Shown: positions 28,401-37,800 of the stretch, one piece after another
Layout of the letters: each line of letters begins with the position of its first letter
How positions within the stretch are numbered: position 1 is the first letter of the stretch
Assembly (NCBI GenBank): GCA_000002435.2
Contig: CM018791.1
Strand: one strand, 5' to 3'
DNA: 64,000 nucleotides
From: Giardia intestinalis
Lineage: Eukaryota
Program-made: the position numbers and the translations under genes
The notes under the pieces: generated by a model
Seen by the model: only the letters and a program-made list of their open reading frames with translations
Told to the model about the DNA's origin: nothing
The model's database searches: none

Positions 28401-28787
28401 GCGGGACACATCATCATATTGCACAAGCTTTTTAATAAGCCCAAGACACTCCGAGAGAATCAAAGCGGTTATGTGAAGGGGAGCATGGCCCAAGTCGGCT
28501 TGCCGGTTGAGAGTCAGCAGAGAGATGAGGGCCTGATGCCCGCCAACCTGATAAAAAAGTGATCTGCTGCGTTCTGTACTGAAATCGGCGCTATGCAGAG
28601 TGCTAAGGGCAAGCATGATGGAGTTTGGACTGCCCGTAGAGATTGCTTGCACATGTTTTTCAAAGAGGTTGACGCCTGTCTTAAACGAGATCGTCTCCTC
28701 GGGGACATCAGGATCCGAATCAGATAGGGGAAAGGTCATCTGTGGATGGGACAGAACTGCCCAGAATTTTGCATTCCATATTTCCAT
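25464..28787 (-). CDS. Armadillo/HEAT-repeat protein (hypothetical), 1107 aa.
   Basis: Repeated ~42-aa ARM-like units (GGHQALISLLTL..., NGLVSILCTLLDYID..., SGGIQPLINMLTVNDNNTLLAACQVIVGIS). A long alpha-solenoid prediction. ATG verified at 28787. Confidence 0.6.
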   Translation of the reverse strand: MEIWNAKFWAVLSHPQMTFPLSDSDPDVPEETISFKTGVNLFEKHVQAISTGSPNSIMLALSTLHSADFSTERSRSLFYQVGGHQALISLLTLNRQADLGHAPLHITALILSECLGLIKKLVQYDDVSRVLFAGPVSQTPEQYNKAAYQRRTDPRSINYDDYNYVTLDAGVPIYLSILLNQQVEPDIRVRAMQILTELFLCALPRRVFHYLEGPASVVKRLSAAIPLLFTGNIFTNQLKPNKTVEPAIIQEVSAMIYMVCNLCSSASARNQLRTNGLVSILCTLLDYIDVEIYEPCVLCLSKMVQYNNQAVLQELIHAANSISRICSMILPAASTQFLRAAALVLAKVANVPGGDVVVTTSGGIQPLINMLTVNDNNTLLAACQVIVGISSKPCVHDGDPDTAEASIFSMNHMIAKELINNKVLVHIQELLDSCGIEVEEPGPPPSNVAPGQCREVRRNPRTRLFKLKENVSSDLFNQQGNQLDAPSSASKAGTDRALTKGPSLLSASTSGHRDNGATSLNDEVPLSTWSNLTSWLLHALANICPSEHIVPILKKSNQMLRTLLGLTGSCNPCVIRWACQCLANLAKHPEIAKILYEIGSLDVLFTVLKRCIENSALEEDYGKLAKAAIVASAAEALTGVLEDPKIAAIAGRSVTGIFGLLIQGLKTVANGTARAWLCGVIARLAKERDNSIVLLEHRAVDYLSFLCLEASQLLDSYDFTFREQVCLAVANLCFSSPFYRQGRQNLQDSDTQVDSSSHPKRRSAKQQQMFNLFQQEYAKYGQCYGDGNVIVEFGRRGVVSAVCTFLTPVSLGEHVQKVSLQEFQCLRAAAYVAHALSTVGRNAILMYKERSIDKLLYLIAIGDKATQTSAANALRCIRTEIFSMLSVLKKYKGSRVGVYTRDEHKAIIEAAGKEDDTQLEFITSNGSMDASLGPGWNAVTLDDVTVVSNKVRFASDKELTPKSIRTNVTTVSAPSPGVTKRTNGITPARVYNLSGELVSSPPKRSRPVAEEEEDLNNYMEIYIGKIEQDGSKSASRSEAVNDSFSQVFVNRAGSLDRSNLQGSTGTLKASSKAPEDSNDVRSPSAELDEVLTVLPSPGPPGSPPEAS

Positions 28788-28880
28788 TTAGTATTTGCCA
28801 TTTGACTTATAATTTTACAAAGCTGCAAAAACCAATTTTGCTTGGCGGATAGTCGGCCTTGCCAAAAATCCAAAAATAAG

Positions 28881-31505
28881 ATGTCCATCGGTCGCGCCAT
28901 CAACGCTCGCTTTCCCGAGTCTCAGTCCGGGTACACACGAGCTACAGGGCCAGAGTTTGCCTTCCAGGCGGATCCCATCCGCAGGCAGCAAACGACCTCT
29001 GAGGCTGTGGCTCGCGATCTCGATCCGAATGTAATGCGTCTGGATACAGAGTACAACGATCAGTACTGCGGTCCGAGTGGCATGATTCCAGATGCAACGA
29101 TTAAGCAATGTTTCACAAATCCTTACACGGGACTTCCGTGCGGCAGTCAAATGCTAAGCACGGGGCAGGTATACAATACCCAAAACTTCCCGCATGTAGG
29201 AGTTACTGATCCTAACCTACCCACTACGGAGGGTGCACCGCGTGTACTAATCCCGGGCTCCCAACCGGGAAGTAACGAAGGAACTAGAGCAATCTATAAT
29301 CAGGATATCCCTAAGACATATGAGTTCAACCCGGATCAGTCCTTTGGGCGGCGAACTGGCGCTGCCCTCCCAGTCACAGGCTCGGGTCGCTTGGATGGCT
29401 TGCAGCGCACAGGGAATTTGGGTGTCAGCATGAGCCGGACGGAAGTGTTGGCCAGAACGATGAGTACGACCCAGCCGGAGCTGGCGGCTTCATTTAGAGC
29501 ATCTCAGGGAATCATTCCTGGAAGCGTTGGTGACCTCGAGCAGATGAAGGAGCAGGGTGTTGTAGGCATGGGAAATAACCAATATCCTGAATGGCATGCG
29601 CCAGAGTGTGATCAGCAGGCCTATTGCATGAGTCAATCTATGAAGCATGGGGCGTGCCCGCAGAAATGTACCAACAGAGAGATTATTCCTGGCTCGCAAC
29701 CAGGGAGCAATGAGGGAACAAGGGCGCTCTGTGGTACTGGAACAGGGAGAACCATCCCATTCAATCGTACTGGTATAAGCACCATTGGGGGCGCCAAACG
29801 GCTATACCAGACTGGTCAGATAGCTTCAGGAGCCACGCCAATGAATCAAACACTGGACGGGACTATGCTGCCTGCTACTCTGAGTAAGAGCATGAACCTA
29901 TCCCAACTCAACAAAAGTGGTGCTGTCCCAGAGCTTCCTGCTATCAAATCTCCTATTGGCTCGTCAAGGGTTCCAGCCAAGGCATCGTCAACTCAAGATC
30001 GCCGAGAAGAAGCTCAGGCTGAGATCCAAGCCGCGCTGCAGTTTGGACAGCAATTGGAGAATCCTCAGTGCACAGCGGACATCCCTCAGGCAGTCTCTGA
30101 TGTAGCCCATAATGTTGTTAATTCGGCGCAGGTCTTCCAACCTCCTCCTCAACAGGAAAACCAGGAGCAAGGCCAAGATTATGTGCAGCATGTAGCTCAT
30201 GAAGCCATGGCACGATCTCACCCTAACCCTACCACACTGGCAGGAACGGCATCGTCTACAGCTCTGGCTCATGACAACCTTTACTCTTCAGTCAAAAACC
30301 CATCTCCAGAGTATGATACTGGGCTGCCAACAAATAACGTCAACGAGGGGGCCTTCAACAGAACCGCAACGCCTTCATCTATAACAACCACCACCCGACC
30401 CAACTCTATTCCTGGCGTAACCCGCCTGCCAGGGCCTAGCGGTGACGCTGTTGCTTCCTCAGATTCGATAAACGAACGAGGTTTCAACGAGCCGCCCATG
30501 GCTGGGACAAACGTCTATGCAAACACAGTCAACTCTCAGCAGCTTTATCAGCCGCAGAACCTGGCGTACAATCCATCACACTCGTACTCTGCGTTCTCAA
30601 ATAATCCATCATTCCCGTCATCGAGTCGTTGCTGCACAAGGACTACCAACGGATGCATTCCTCCTGGCGGCTGTCAGTGTGGAATTGCATCATCAAGAAC
30701 GCGCTGGGACGCAGCAAAGACCATGGGAATTACCGAAGCAGGTGTGGAGTATGTCAAGCCACCCCACACTACATTTTGCGATGCCCCTGTGGCTCGGAAC
30801 TTTCTAGGTGCTCAGAGACACCAGTATCCACATACCGCGTCGAATGGAGCATACACTAACACGGCTGAAATGGCGGCAGCAGGATTTTGCGATAAGAGCC
30901 TCTGTCAAACAACCAGGATGTATTCTAAGGGTGGCGGAGCTCCTTCATACAAGACCCTTAATGCATACATTCCAGCATATTCTGCATACAGGAGGCCATG
31001 GCCAGGTAACTACAATGAGAAGTTCTCCTCAGGCGCAGTCGGACTAGGGAACACGCAGACCGGCGAGCCTCACAAGGTAACAGACGAGACTGCCTCATCG
31101 AAGGAATCCGGCTTTGTCGAGAATTGTAAGTTTGACACCAAACCATTTAATTTCATCCCTGGAGAGAGACCAATAGGATTTACAGAGACCTTTGCCCCGG
31201 AGGAGGGCAATAAGGTAGGAGGAGGCGGTAATGCCCCAGAAAACCCTAACGAATTCCTGACTACACACAACGATCACTTTAGGGCAATCTACGAACCACA
31301 GTACGGAAAGCTGCACCAAAATAAGAACGATGGTCAGGTTCCCCCAGAGGGCAGTACTACCGATGGGAGATTTAGTGGGCTTCTGTCATCGAGCAAGATA
31401 AAGGCCAACGTCACATTTAAGCCTGGACGCGAGCCCATCAACGGGACAGCCACAGGCCCACGTAGATGCACGTGCTACGATAGGGTCAATAATGTGTGGA
31501 TGTAA
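28881..31505 (+). CDS. Low-complexity G/S/T/N/P/Q-rich protein with an exact internal 14-aa repeat (IPGSQPGSNEGTRA, twice).
   Basis: The ORF track begins at a TTG (28842). The first ATG (28881) has an AT-rich context (CAAAAATAAGATG). It is 874 aa from that ATG. The composition is strongly biased yet the frame stays open for 2.6 kb. Confidence 0.55.
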   Translation: MSIGRAINARFPESQSGYTRATGPEFAFQADPIRRQQTTSEAVARDLDPNVMRLDTEYNDQYCGPSGMIPDATIKQCFTNPYTGLPCGSQMLSTGQVYNTQNFPHVGVTDPNLPTTEGAPRVLIPGSQPGSNEGTRAIYNQDIPKTYEFNPDQSFGRRTGAALPVTGSGRLDGLQRTGNLGVSMSRTEVLARTMSTTQPELAASFRASQGIIPGSVGDLEQMKEQGVVGMGNNQYPEWHAPECDQQAYCMSQSMKHGACPQKCTNREIIPGSQPGSNEGTRALCGTGTGRTIPFNRTGISTIGGAKRLYQTGQIASGATPMNQTLDGTMLPATLSKSMNLSQLNKSGAVPELPAIKSPIGSSRVPAKASSTQDRREEAQAEIQAALQFGQQLENPQCTADIPQAVSDVAHNVVNSAQVFQPPPQQENQEQGQDYVQHVAHEAMARSHPNPTTLAGTASSTALAHDNLYSSVKNPSPEYDTGLPTNNVNEGAFNRTATPSSITTTTRPNSIPGVTRLPGPSGDAVASSDSINERGFNEPPMAGTNVYANTVNSQQLYQPQNLAYNPSHSYSAFSNNPSFPSSSRCCTRTTNGCIPPGGCQCGIASSRTRWDAAKTMGITEAGVEYVKPPHTTFCDAPVARNFLGAQRHQYPHTASNGAYTNTAEMAAAGFCDKSLCQTTRMYSKGGGAPSYKTLNAYIPAYSAYRRPWPGNYNEKFSSGAVGLGNTQTGEPHKVTDETASSKESGFVENCKFDTKPFNFIPGERPIGFTETFAPEEGNKVGGGGNAPENPNEFLTTHNDHFRAIYEPQYGKLHQNKNDGQVPPEGSTTDGRFSGLLSSSKIKANVTFKPGREPINGTATGPRRCTCYDRVNNVWM

Positions 31506-31518
31506 ATCGAGTAGTTGT

Positions 31519-31956
31519 TTATTCTTCCATAGCGCTGATCTTTGCGATGCGCGCCGCGTGTCGGCCGCCCTCAAAGTTCGTGCTAAGGAATCGTGAGAGA
31601 ATGGATGCAGCAACTTCCGGTCCAGTGGTTCGGCCGCCAAGAGCAAGCGCGTTTGCATTGTTGTGCTTTCTTGCCATTTCCGCATCATATTCCGTAGAGC
31701 ATAAAGCACAGCGAATCCCCTTCATCTTGTTGGCTGCTATACTTATCCCTATGCCTGTTCCGCAGACTAGAATGCAGCAGTCAGCCCTGCCGGAGGTGAC
31801 GGCTTCACAGCCAATTTTGGCAAAGTCAGGATAGTCCACTGAAGCATCGCTCTCTGTGCCCAGATCCATCACTTCATAACCGTGTGCACTTGCACGCTGC
31901 TGCAGGAACATGCGAAGGTCCCTACCACCGTGATCAGAAGCAAAGGCAACCTTCAT
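31519..31956 (-). CDS. rpiB: Ribose-5-phosphate isomerase B (RpiB/LacAB family).
   Basis: MKVAFASDHGG...CGTGIGISIAANK...EGGRHAARI aligns along its length to E. coli RpiB. The ORF track start at 31995 is a TTG; the ATG at 31956 gives the canonical 146-aa protein. Confidence 0.9.
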   Translation of the reverse strand: MKVAFASDHGGRDLRMFLQQRASAHGYEVMDLGTESDASVDYPDFAKIGCEAVTSGRADCCILVCGTGIGISIAANKMKGIRCALCSTEYDAEMARKHNNANALALGGRTTGPEVAASILSRFLSTNFEGGRHAARIAKISAMEE

Positions 31957-31987
31957 ACTTTTGTTCACTGAACAGGGCCAAGAAAGC

Positions 31988-32797
31988 TTACTCAACGCAA
32001 GAAGCAGACCCTACTACATGCGTAATCGCAACGGGTGGAAGGCCCATTGTTCTACTTCCGGTCGCAAATGCGATGGATAAGGACTGGTTGTCATGCACAC
32101 AATCAACAGAAAGAATCCCAGGGGTTCTACGAGATGTCACACCAAACGCCCTGTCCACACTGCTGGCACAGGAAGAAGGTGTGCTGGTTCCGCACGAAGG
32201 CGTGCTAAAAGAGGCAGACGGGGTTAAGCGGGGAGGGGATTGGGCACTAGAGATTCCTGAGCCTATCGTGCTGCCAGGCAGCTTCGAATGAGGCCTTGGC
32301 GCGTACTTATATCTGCTCTTGATCGAGTGGAGTTGTATGCTATACGTAGGCAAAGCGTCGGACTTGCATGAGCCAAGGTGAACATACATGGGCGCTGTAA
32401 ACGAGGGCAGAGCAGCAAAGTAAGAACGGGTTAGGGCAGGAACTCTGCATCCCTGTATCCCTGCACTAATTGCACGGCAATATACGGGCCTCAGAGGTAT
32501 ACACGTGTCTACAGCCGTAGCAGAGAGAGTAGACTTGCCACACAGAGACCTGGAGGAGAGATCAGGCTCAGCCGAAGGCGAAAGTTTGTTATCATCGAGC
32601 AGCGGCAAGATGGGCCTTTGCTCTCCATCGCATACAAGGTGACTGCTGTATGTGTGACTGACGTCGCTTCTAGAGCGCTTGTGAAGGGCCATCGTCTTAG
32701 GAGATACTACTCCGTCAACCACGGCTGACCGAGGAAGGCCAAAGAGGCCTTTTTTCGCATCCCCAGAGGGTGCCCCGTCGGCAAAATCAACTACCAT
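31988..32797 (-). CDS. Hypothetical Ser/Pro-rich protein.
   Basis: 269-aa ORF with a verified ATG at 32797. Low complexity and no recognisable domain. Confidence 0.4.
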   Translation of the reverse strand: MVVDFADGAPSGDAKKGLFGLPRSAVVDGVVSPKTMALHKRSRSDVSHTYSSHLVCDGEQRPILPLLDDNKLSPSAEPDLSSRSLCGKSTLSATAVDTCIPLRPVYCRAISAGIQGCRVPALTRSYFAALPSFTAPMYVHLGSCKSDALPTYSIQLHSIKSRYKYAPRPHSKLPGSTIGSGISSAQSPPRLTPSASFSTPSCGTSTPSSCASSVDRAFGVTSRRTPGILSVDCVHDNQSLSIAFATGSRTMGLPPVAITHVVGSASCVE

Positions 32798-32823
32798 TTT
32801 AAAAATTCAAAAACAACCAGTAG

Positions 32824-33114
32824 ATGGCTCTACCTCCCATGCCCACCCTGAGATCGCCTGGTGCACGAGCACGCTCCCTGATGGCTCACAAGAGCATCAT
32901 ATCCAAGGAGTTGCCAGGTCAGGGCTCCTCAGCGCCACTCCGCCCGAGACAGCTACCCCCTCTTGCACTCGCACCAGAGAAACCCCGGTCCTCATCTCCT
33001 ATCAGGGCAAAGTCCCAACTAGCCGCAGCCTCGGCACTTTCCAATCACCCTCCATTGGGGAATCCCGGCAATCCCAGGCCCCTGAACTCCGGGACCACAT
33101 CGAGAGCCTTTTAA
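32824..33114 (+). CDS. Small Pro/Ser-rich hypothetical ORF (doubtful).
   Basis: 96-aa ATG ORF in an otherwise unassigned 380-bp gap. Compositionally biased. Confidence 0.2.
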   Translation: MALPPMPTLRSPGARARSLMAHKSIISKELPGQGSSAPLRPRQLPPLALAPEKPRSSSPIRAKSQLAAASALSNHPPLGNPGNPRPLNSGTTSRAF

Positions 33115-33181
33115 AAAGAAAAACACTACTTTCAAATGTTCACAACAGACTTTAAAACGCGGGCCTTTTTATAATCCGCGC

Positions 33182-33841
33182 ATGAGCTGTAATGGCATTG
33201 TGTCTGTCTCTCGCATTCTTGGCCACGATTATGACGACGTGAATCCTGTCGATAGTCCTGAGCACCCTTGGAGGCGGCGCGTCAGGGGCCACTGCGGAAT
33301 CCTCCCCCCGGTGGAGAGCACGCTCAGCGTCGCCCCGTTCTCTTCTAATTATGGGGCGCTTTCTCCTGTAAGCGGAAGGTTCTCACGGGCGTGCTTCAGA
33401 AACATGGGCGACCTGTTTGATCCTTCGACGAGGATGTACGCAGACAGGCTCAGCAGCTTTGTCCATTTCGGGGAGGCACTCAAGATGGACCCAGGGGTGG
33501 AGGTTACCTACTACAGCGTGGATGCTCCCGTGACAGACCTTATAAGCAGGGTTTACGATCCAACAAGCCTATGGAGCGACTTACACTATAAAGCTGGTAG
33601 AAGACATTACAAACTTGGTGAATACAGTGACGAGCAACGGATTAGGAACCGGATACCCCCCTCGTTGGACTACGAAATGCAACCCCAACACTGCAACAGG
33701 GAGTGCTGCAAGCACCTGAACATCCGCTATAGAGACGAAAGCGGGGATAGGACCAGTCCCATGTGCACCTCGTGTGGGAAAGGTCTTGGAACTTTCGTTC
33801 CGTCGTCCACCAACTCAAGCATATCCAACAGCCAGTGGTGA
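33182..33841 (+). CDS. Hypothetical protein with a C-terminal Cys cluster (CNRECCKH...CTSCGKG).
   Basis: 219-aa ORF with ATG at 33182. Non-repetitive, protein-like composition. Confidence 0.4.
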   Translation: MSCNGIVSVSRILGHDYDDVNPVDSPEHPWRRRVRGHCGILPPVESTLSVAPFSSNYGALSPVSGRFSRACFRNMGDLFDPSTRMYADRLSSFVHFGEALKMDPGVEVTYYSVDAPVTDLISRVYDPTSLWSDLHYKAGRRHYKLGEYSDEQRIRNRIPPSLDYEMQPQHCNRECCKHLNIRYRDESGDRTSPMCTSCGKGLGTFVPSSTNSSISNSQW

Positions 33842-33922
33842 AGGCTGAAACGCTACCAGAAGGGCTCGACCTTGGCTTCAGCTCTATACATATGTCAGTG
33901 TGGTTTGCCGCATGCTCTTCGG

Positions 33923-34648
33923 TCACTCGCCGGCTATAATAAGGGACTTGAGGTTGGATATGTGTGATTTCAGGCCGAGTATTTCGGCCGTAAGTAAATC
34001 AAACTCCTGTATCCTGTTGGCGAGCCGCTTCTCCCACGTCTCTATTGATGTGACGTACCGGGAGATCTCATCATTTAGCTCAACAAGCCGCGCGGCTAAG
34101 TTCTTCACATCCACCTGGGTTTCCAAAAGGGGGTTCGCCGCCAGTTGATCTGCCTCGCCTATAGACACGTGGGAGAGGACATCGACAACCTGGCTCATTA
34201 CATTGAAGAGTGAGGGCCGCTGGGCTGCGATGCCCGCAGCTATTGCACAATAGATCGTAACTTCCAGGTCACGTTGGGCCTCTGGGCTCACTCGCTCAGT
34301 AGATACCGACGCTAGGTTTTCGGATAGCCATGTTTCTAGGGCCAGGATATTGCTTTTGTAGGTTCGGCGACCCACCGCCCGCACGGGAACGACAACATCA
34401 TTTGTTGAGACGTCCACAGCCGCCTTGATGAGTTGATAGCGATTGAAGTGGGAGGACAGCCCATGCAGGTAGCCTTTGCTGAAGCTTAGTCTTGAAAGAA
34501 CATTGTCTCCCGCGGAAAGCGTGGCATCCAGCGGCTCTTGTCTAGCAGTCATCATGGTGTTCAGAGACAGCCTTGCTAGAGTAGGGTCCTGGGTAGAAGA
34601 GGACTTTCTGGTGCGATCGCGAAATGCAGAACGGATAACGGAGCTCAT
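33923..34648 (-). CDS. Hypothetical coiled-coil protein.
   Basis: The ORF track start (34822) is a TTG followed by AT-rich non-protein-like sequence. The first ATG at 34648 (MSSVIRSAF...) has an AT-rich upstream. C-terminal heptads are LVELNDEISRYVTSIETWEKRLANRIQEFDLLTAEILGLK. Confidence 0.5.
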   Translation of the reverse strand: MSSVIRSAFRDRTRKSSSTQDPTLARLSLNTMMTARQEPLDATLSAGDNVLSRLSFSKGYLHGLSSHFNRYQLIKAAVDVSTNDVVVPVRAVGRRTYKSNILALETWLSENLASVSTERVSPEAQRDLEVTIYCAIAAGIAAQRPSLFNVMSQVVDVLSHVSIGEADQLAANPLLETQVDVKNLAARLVELNDEISRYVTSIETWEKRLANRIQEFDLLTAEILGLKSHISNLKSLIIAGE

Positions 34649-34740
34649 TATTTTTATAGTGAATTGAGAGTCTGTAGAGCAACCCTGGTCATTGTGGTTC
34701 AATAGAAATTTACAATTGATCAACCGAAAGGTAAGCTGTA

Positions 34741-34785
34741 AGATATTATGAAATAAGGTATTATGAAGTAAGGTATTATAAAAAT
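34741..34785. repeat. Three imperfect tandem copies of a ~15-nt unit (A)AGGTATTATGAA(R)T in a divergent intergenic region.
   Basis: agatattatgaaat / aaggtattatgaagt / aaggtattataaaaat, read directly from the sequence. It lies between the starts of the minus gene at 34648 and the plus gene at 34877. Confidence 0.6.
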
Positions 34786-34876
34786 GACTAAAATGCCAAA
34801 GGCACTCTGCCGGCAGCCTCAAGCAAATCGAAATTTTAGTAAATTAAAATCTAGCATTCAGAGGATCCCAGCCTGA

Positions 34877-37800
34877 ATGTATGCTGATCGCCAGCGGAAA
34901 AAGGTAATGGAGCGCGATGCGCAGATCAAGCTGGCCCAGGGGGATAAGCTTGCAAAGCGGGGGCTCTGGCTGGAGGCTGTGGCACTATACACAGAATCCA
35001 TTGACTTAATCCCGACCAACGCCATGACATTTTTTAATCGAGCAAAGTGCTACTTTGAGATGCATGACTATCATAGGTATGTCTTCGATATATCACTAGC
35101 AATTCACATTGAACCGACAAATTATGTATTCTACGTTGCGCGCTCGCATGGGTTCTACATGCTTAAGAAGGTTCAGGAAGCGCTAAAGGACTTAGACTAT
35201 GCTATTTCCGAGACAGGTTCCTCTGCAGACCTATTCTTTAGGAGAGGTGTCTGCTACTATGATCTGCGTCGCTGGAGTGATTCCATAAGCGATTTCTCCA
35301 GATGTCTAGAGATCAATCCGGCCCATCCCAGTGCATACTCACGGCGCGGAGCAGCCTACCTCAAGCTTAAGAACGGCGCTTTAGCAATAGATGACCTTCG
35401 GAAATCTGTCAACGTCTCTAGTCGCTCTCTACAGCACAAAAATTACTTCAAACTTGCAATAGCAAACCTTATCATAGGAGACGCGCTCGCGGCTGTAGAG
35501 GCTTTCAGTGCCGCTTTGGAAATAGCAAGAAACTACCGCGCAGAACTTATTTCCAAGCAGAAGGCCAAGGCTTCTAAAGTAGCCACCTATGGGATATCAG
35601 GAATAGCTCAAAAGGAGGAAGAAGAGAAAATAGATATTAAGCGAGTCATCATGACTGTGGACAAGGTGCGCTATCAACTGATAGCGTTTGAGGATAATGA
35701 AACATTCAACATATTTGACGATGCCGTGAATGCAGAGCCGCCCAAGTATACACCTATGGCCATCTACACCCCCAGTAACAAGAAGCTCGAGCAGCTGTCT
35801 TCCGAGAAAGCAGAACTGGAGGCCACGGAGAAGTGCTTTCCCGAGTATCTGGCCAGTAGAGGCAAGGCAAAGGCTCTCCTTGGTAGACACTCGGAGGCCC
35901 TGCAAGACTTCTCGGAGTCAATCTCCTATTCTCCTAACAATCCCCAAACGTATTATGAACGCTCTAATGCCTTTAGAATCATGGGGTTTTATGAAAATGC
36001 CCTCAGAGACATCGAATTCTGTGCCCACAGGAAGCTTAATGCAGATATCGCCTATGCGAAAGCAATAATCTGTGAGAATATTGGAGAGCTGGAAGAGTCT
36101 TTGGTGATTTACGAGGCGATCCTCGCTGGACTGTTCTCTAAACCATATACTACGGACTACCTCCAGTCTCTTGGTGACAGGGGACAGTCCAGCATAGACG
36201 CCATCGTTGAGCTTAGTCTACGGGGAGCAGATGAAACAATGATAGCAGCAGAGCAGTTAATCAACGAGACGAGGTTTGTTAAGATGATCGAATTAGATGC
36301 ATACGTAGATGACCTGACTGAACGGAGCAAGCGTGTGACTAACTATCCTGGCAATACCACCAGGCCAAACCTAAGTATCAGCACTGGGATTTCAAGTGAT
36401 CACGAGGGGAGCAAAGACAGTCCTAATGACAAGTCTGGATTACCCAGCGCGCTTATCAGCAACACCACACCACATGCACAGGAACAGATATTTGGAAAGT
36501 CCCAGCGTTCAACTGTGACAGCTGATGGGAAGGTCTTCCCCAAGCCTCGGTTCTTCCATCTTCCGAGTCTTTACCACGCTGCTCTTTTATATAGGCAAAA
36601 GCTGAACTTCGAGCGTGCAACTGAACTTATAAGATATGCTCTCTCGTTAGATCCCTTGGATGACAAATTATATGAGCTACTTGCAATCCTGCATTATGAC
36701 GCCCTTGACTATCATAACGGAATAGCCTGCGTCGAGAAAGTCATTGAGATTCAGTCCACTAGTCCCACAGGAGTCTTTTGGGAAACTTACTACCTTCTGG
36801 GAATGTGCCACATGAAGCTACAGAACTATAGTAAGGCTTTGGAGTGCATGATACTGGCGCAGAAACAGCCCGCTGGTGGCGCAAAGGAACCGCTTTACAA
36901 GCAGATTGAGGCAGAGAAAATTAATGGGGTGCTAGCTTCTCTTCCGCCGGGCAGCAATATCGCAATTGCGTATCTGACATATGCGGGGAGCTCTGCTATA
37001 CCGCGGGATCCCTTAAGCCCCACCTCTGCAGCGCGTGGATACCGTGCCGGGCAGTCTACACAGACAGAGCAGAGAGATACCTCACCCAATTCTGTCATCT
37101 TCCCTCTCCTGGATTTGTCTGGAGCGCTTCCAGGATGCAACAATCTGCACGTTCTACTCCGGAAAGCAGAGTGTCTCTTCTATCTCTCAGACTATATAGG
37201 TTGTGTCAGAAGCTGCTCTCTGGCCCTTAAAGAATTCAACTTTTCACAGTACACCCACCGCGGTGTTCGGCTCATCTCAACTGTTGCCAACTTGATTAGA
37301 AATAATAAGCCCTTACGTCAGTATGACCTTGCACAGGTTGTGAAAACTAATGGGAACGTGATGAGCCAAGAGGAGATAGCGTCTCTTTCAACGATGGTTG
37401 AGGTTCCGCTAAATGGAAGCGATAAGGAGTATCTTTTTAATGTCTACTTTCTTCGTGCACGGGCTCTGGCCATCATCAACCGTCTGGAACGCGCTGTGAA
37501 GGACGCATTCCGGGCCCGGCACGTTTACCTTAATCTAGGAACCATGGCGACGACTGGTATTGGTGCTTTACTTTACTTTATGAGCAGAACCTACGCCTTT
37601 CTACGCCTGTACACCAAATCCTATCACTGCGCAAGAGATGCTATCAAGGCCGGTCTCCCATACTATGCTATTTCGCGTGCACACTACATGCAAGGAGTAG
37701 CGCTTATGTACACAAATAGAAAAGAGCTAGCGGCCAAGTGTTTTTCCCTTGCACTCAAAACCTCCTTTACGGCAAAATTTGCAGGCCCGATCTTTGAGAA

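Noticed and set aside
32798-33181. A 380-bp relatively GC-rich gap, tried as a non-coding RNA or promoter region.
   Set aside because: It contains a 96-aa Pro-rich ATG ORF (reported at low confidence) and shows no recognisable RNA motif. There is not enough structure to call an ncRNA.
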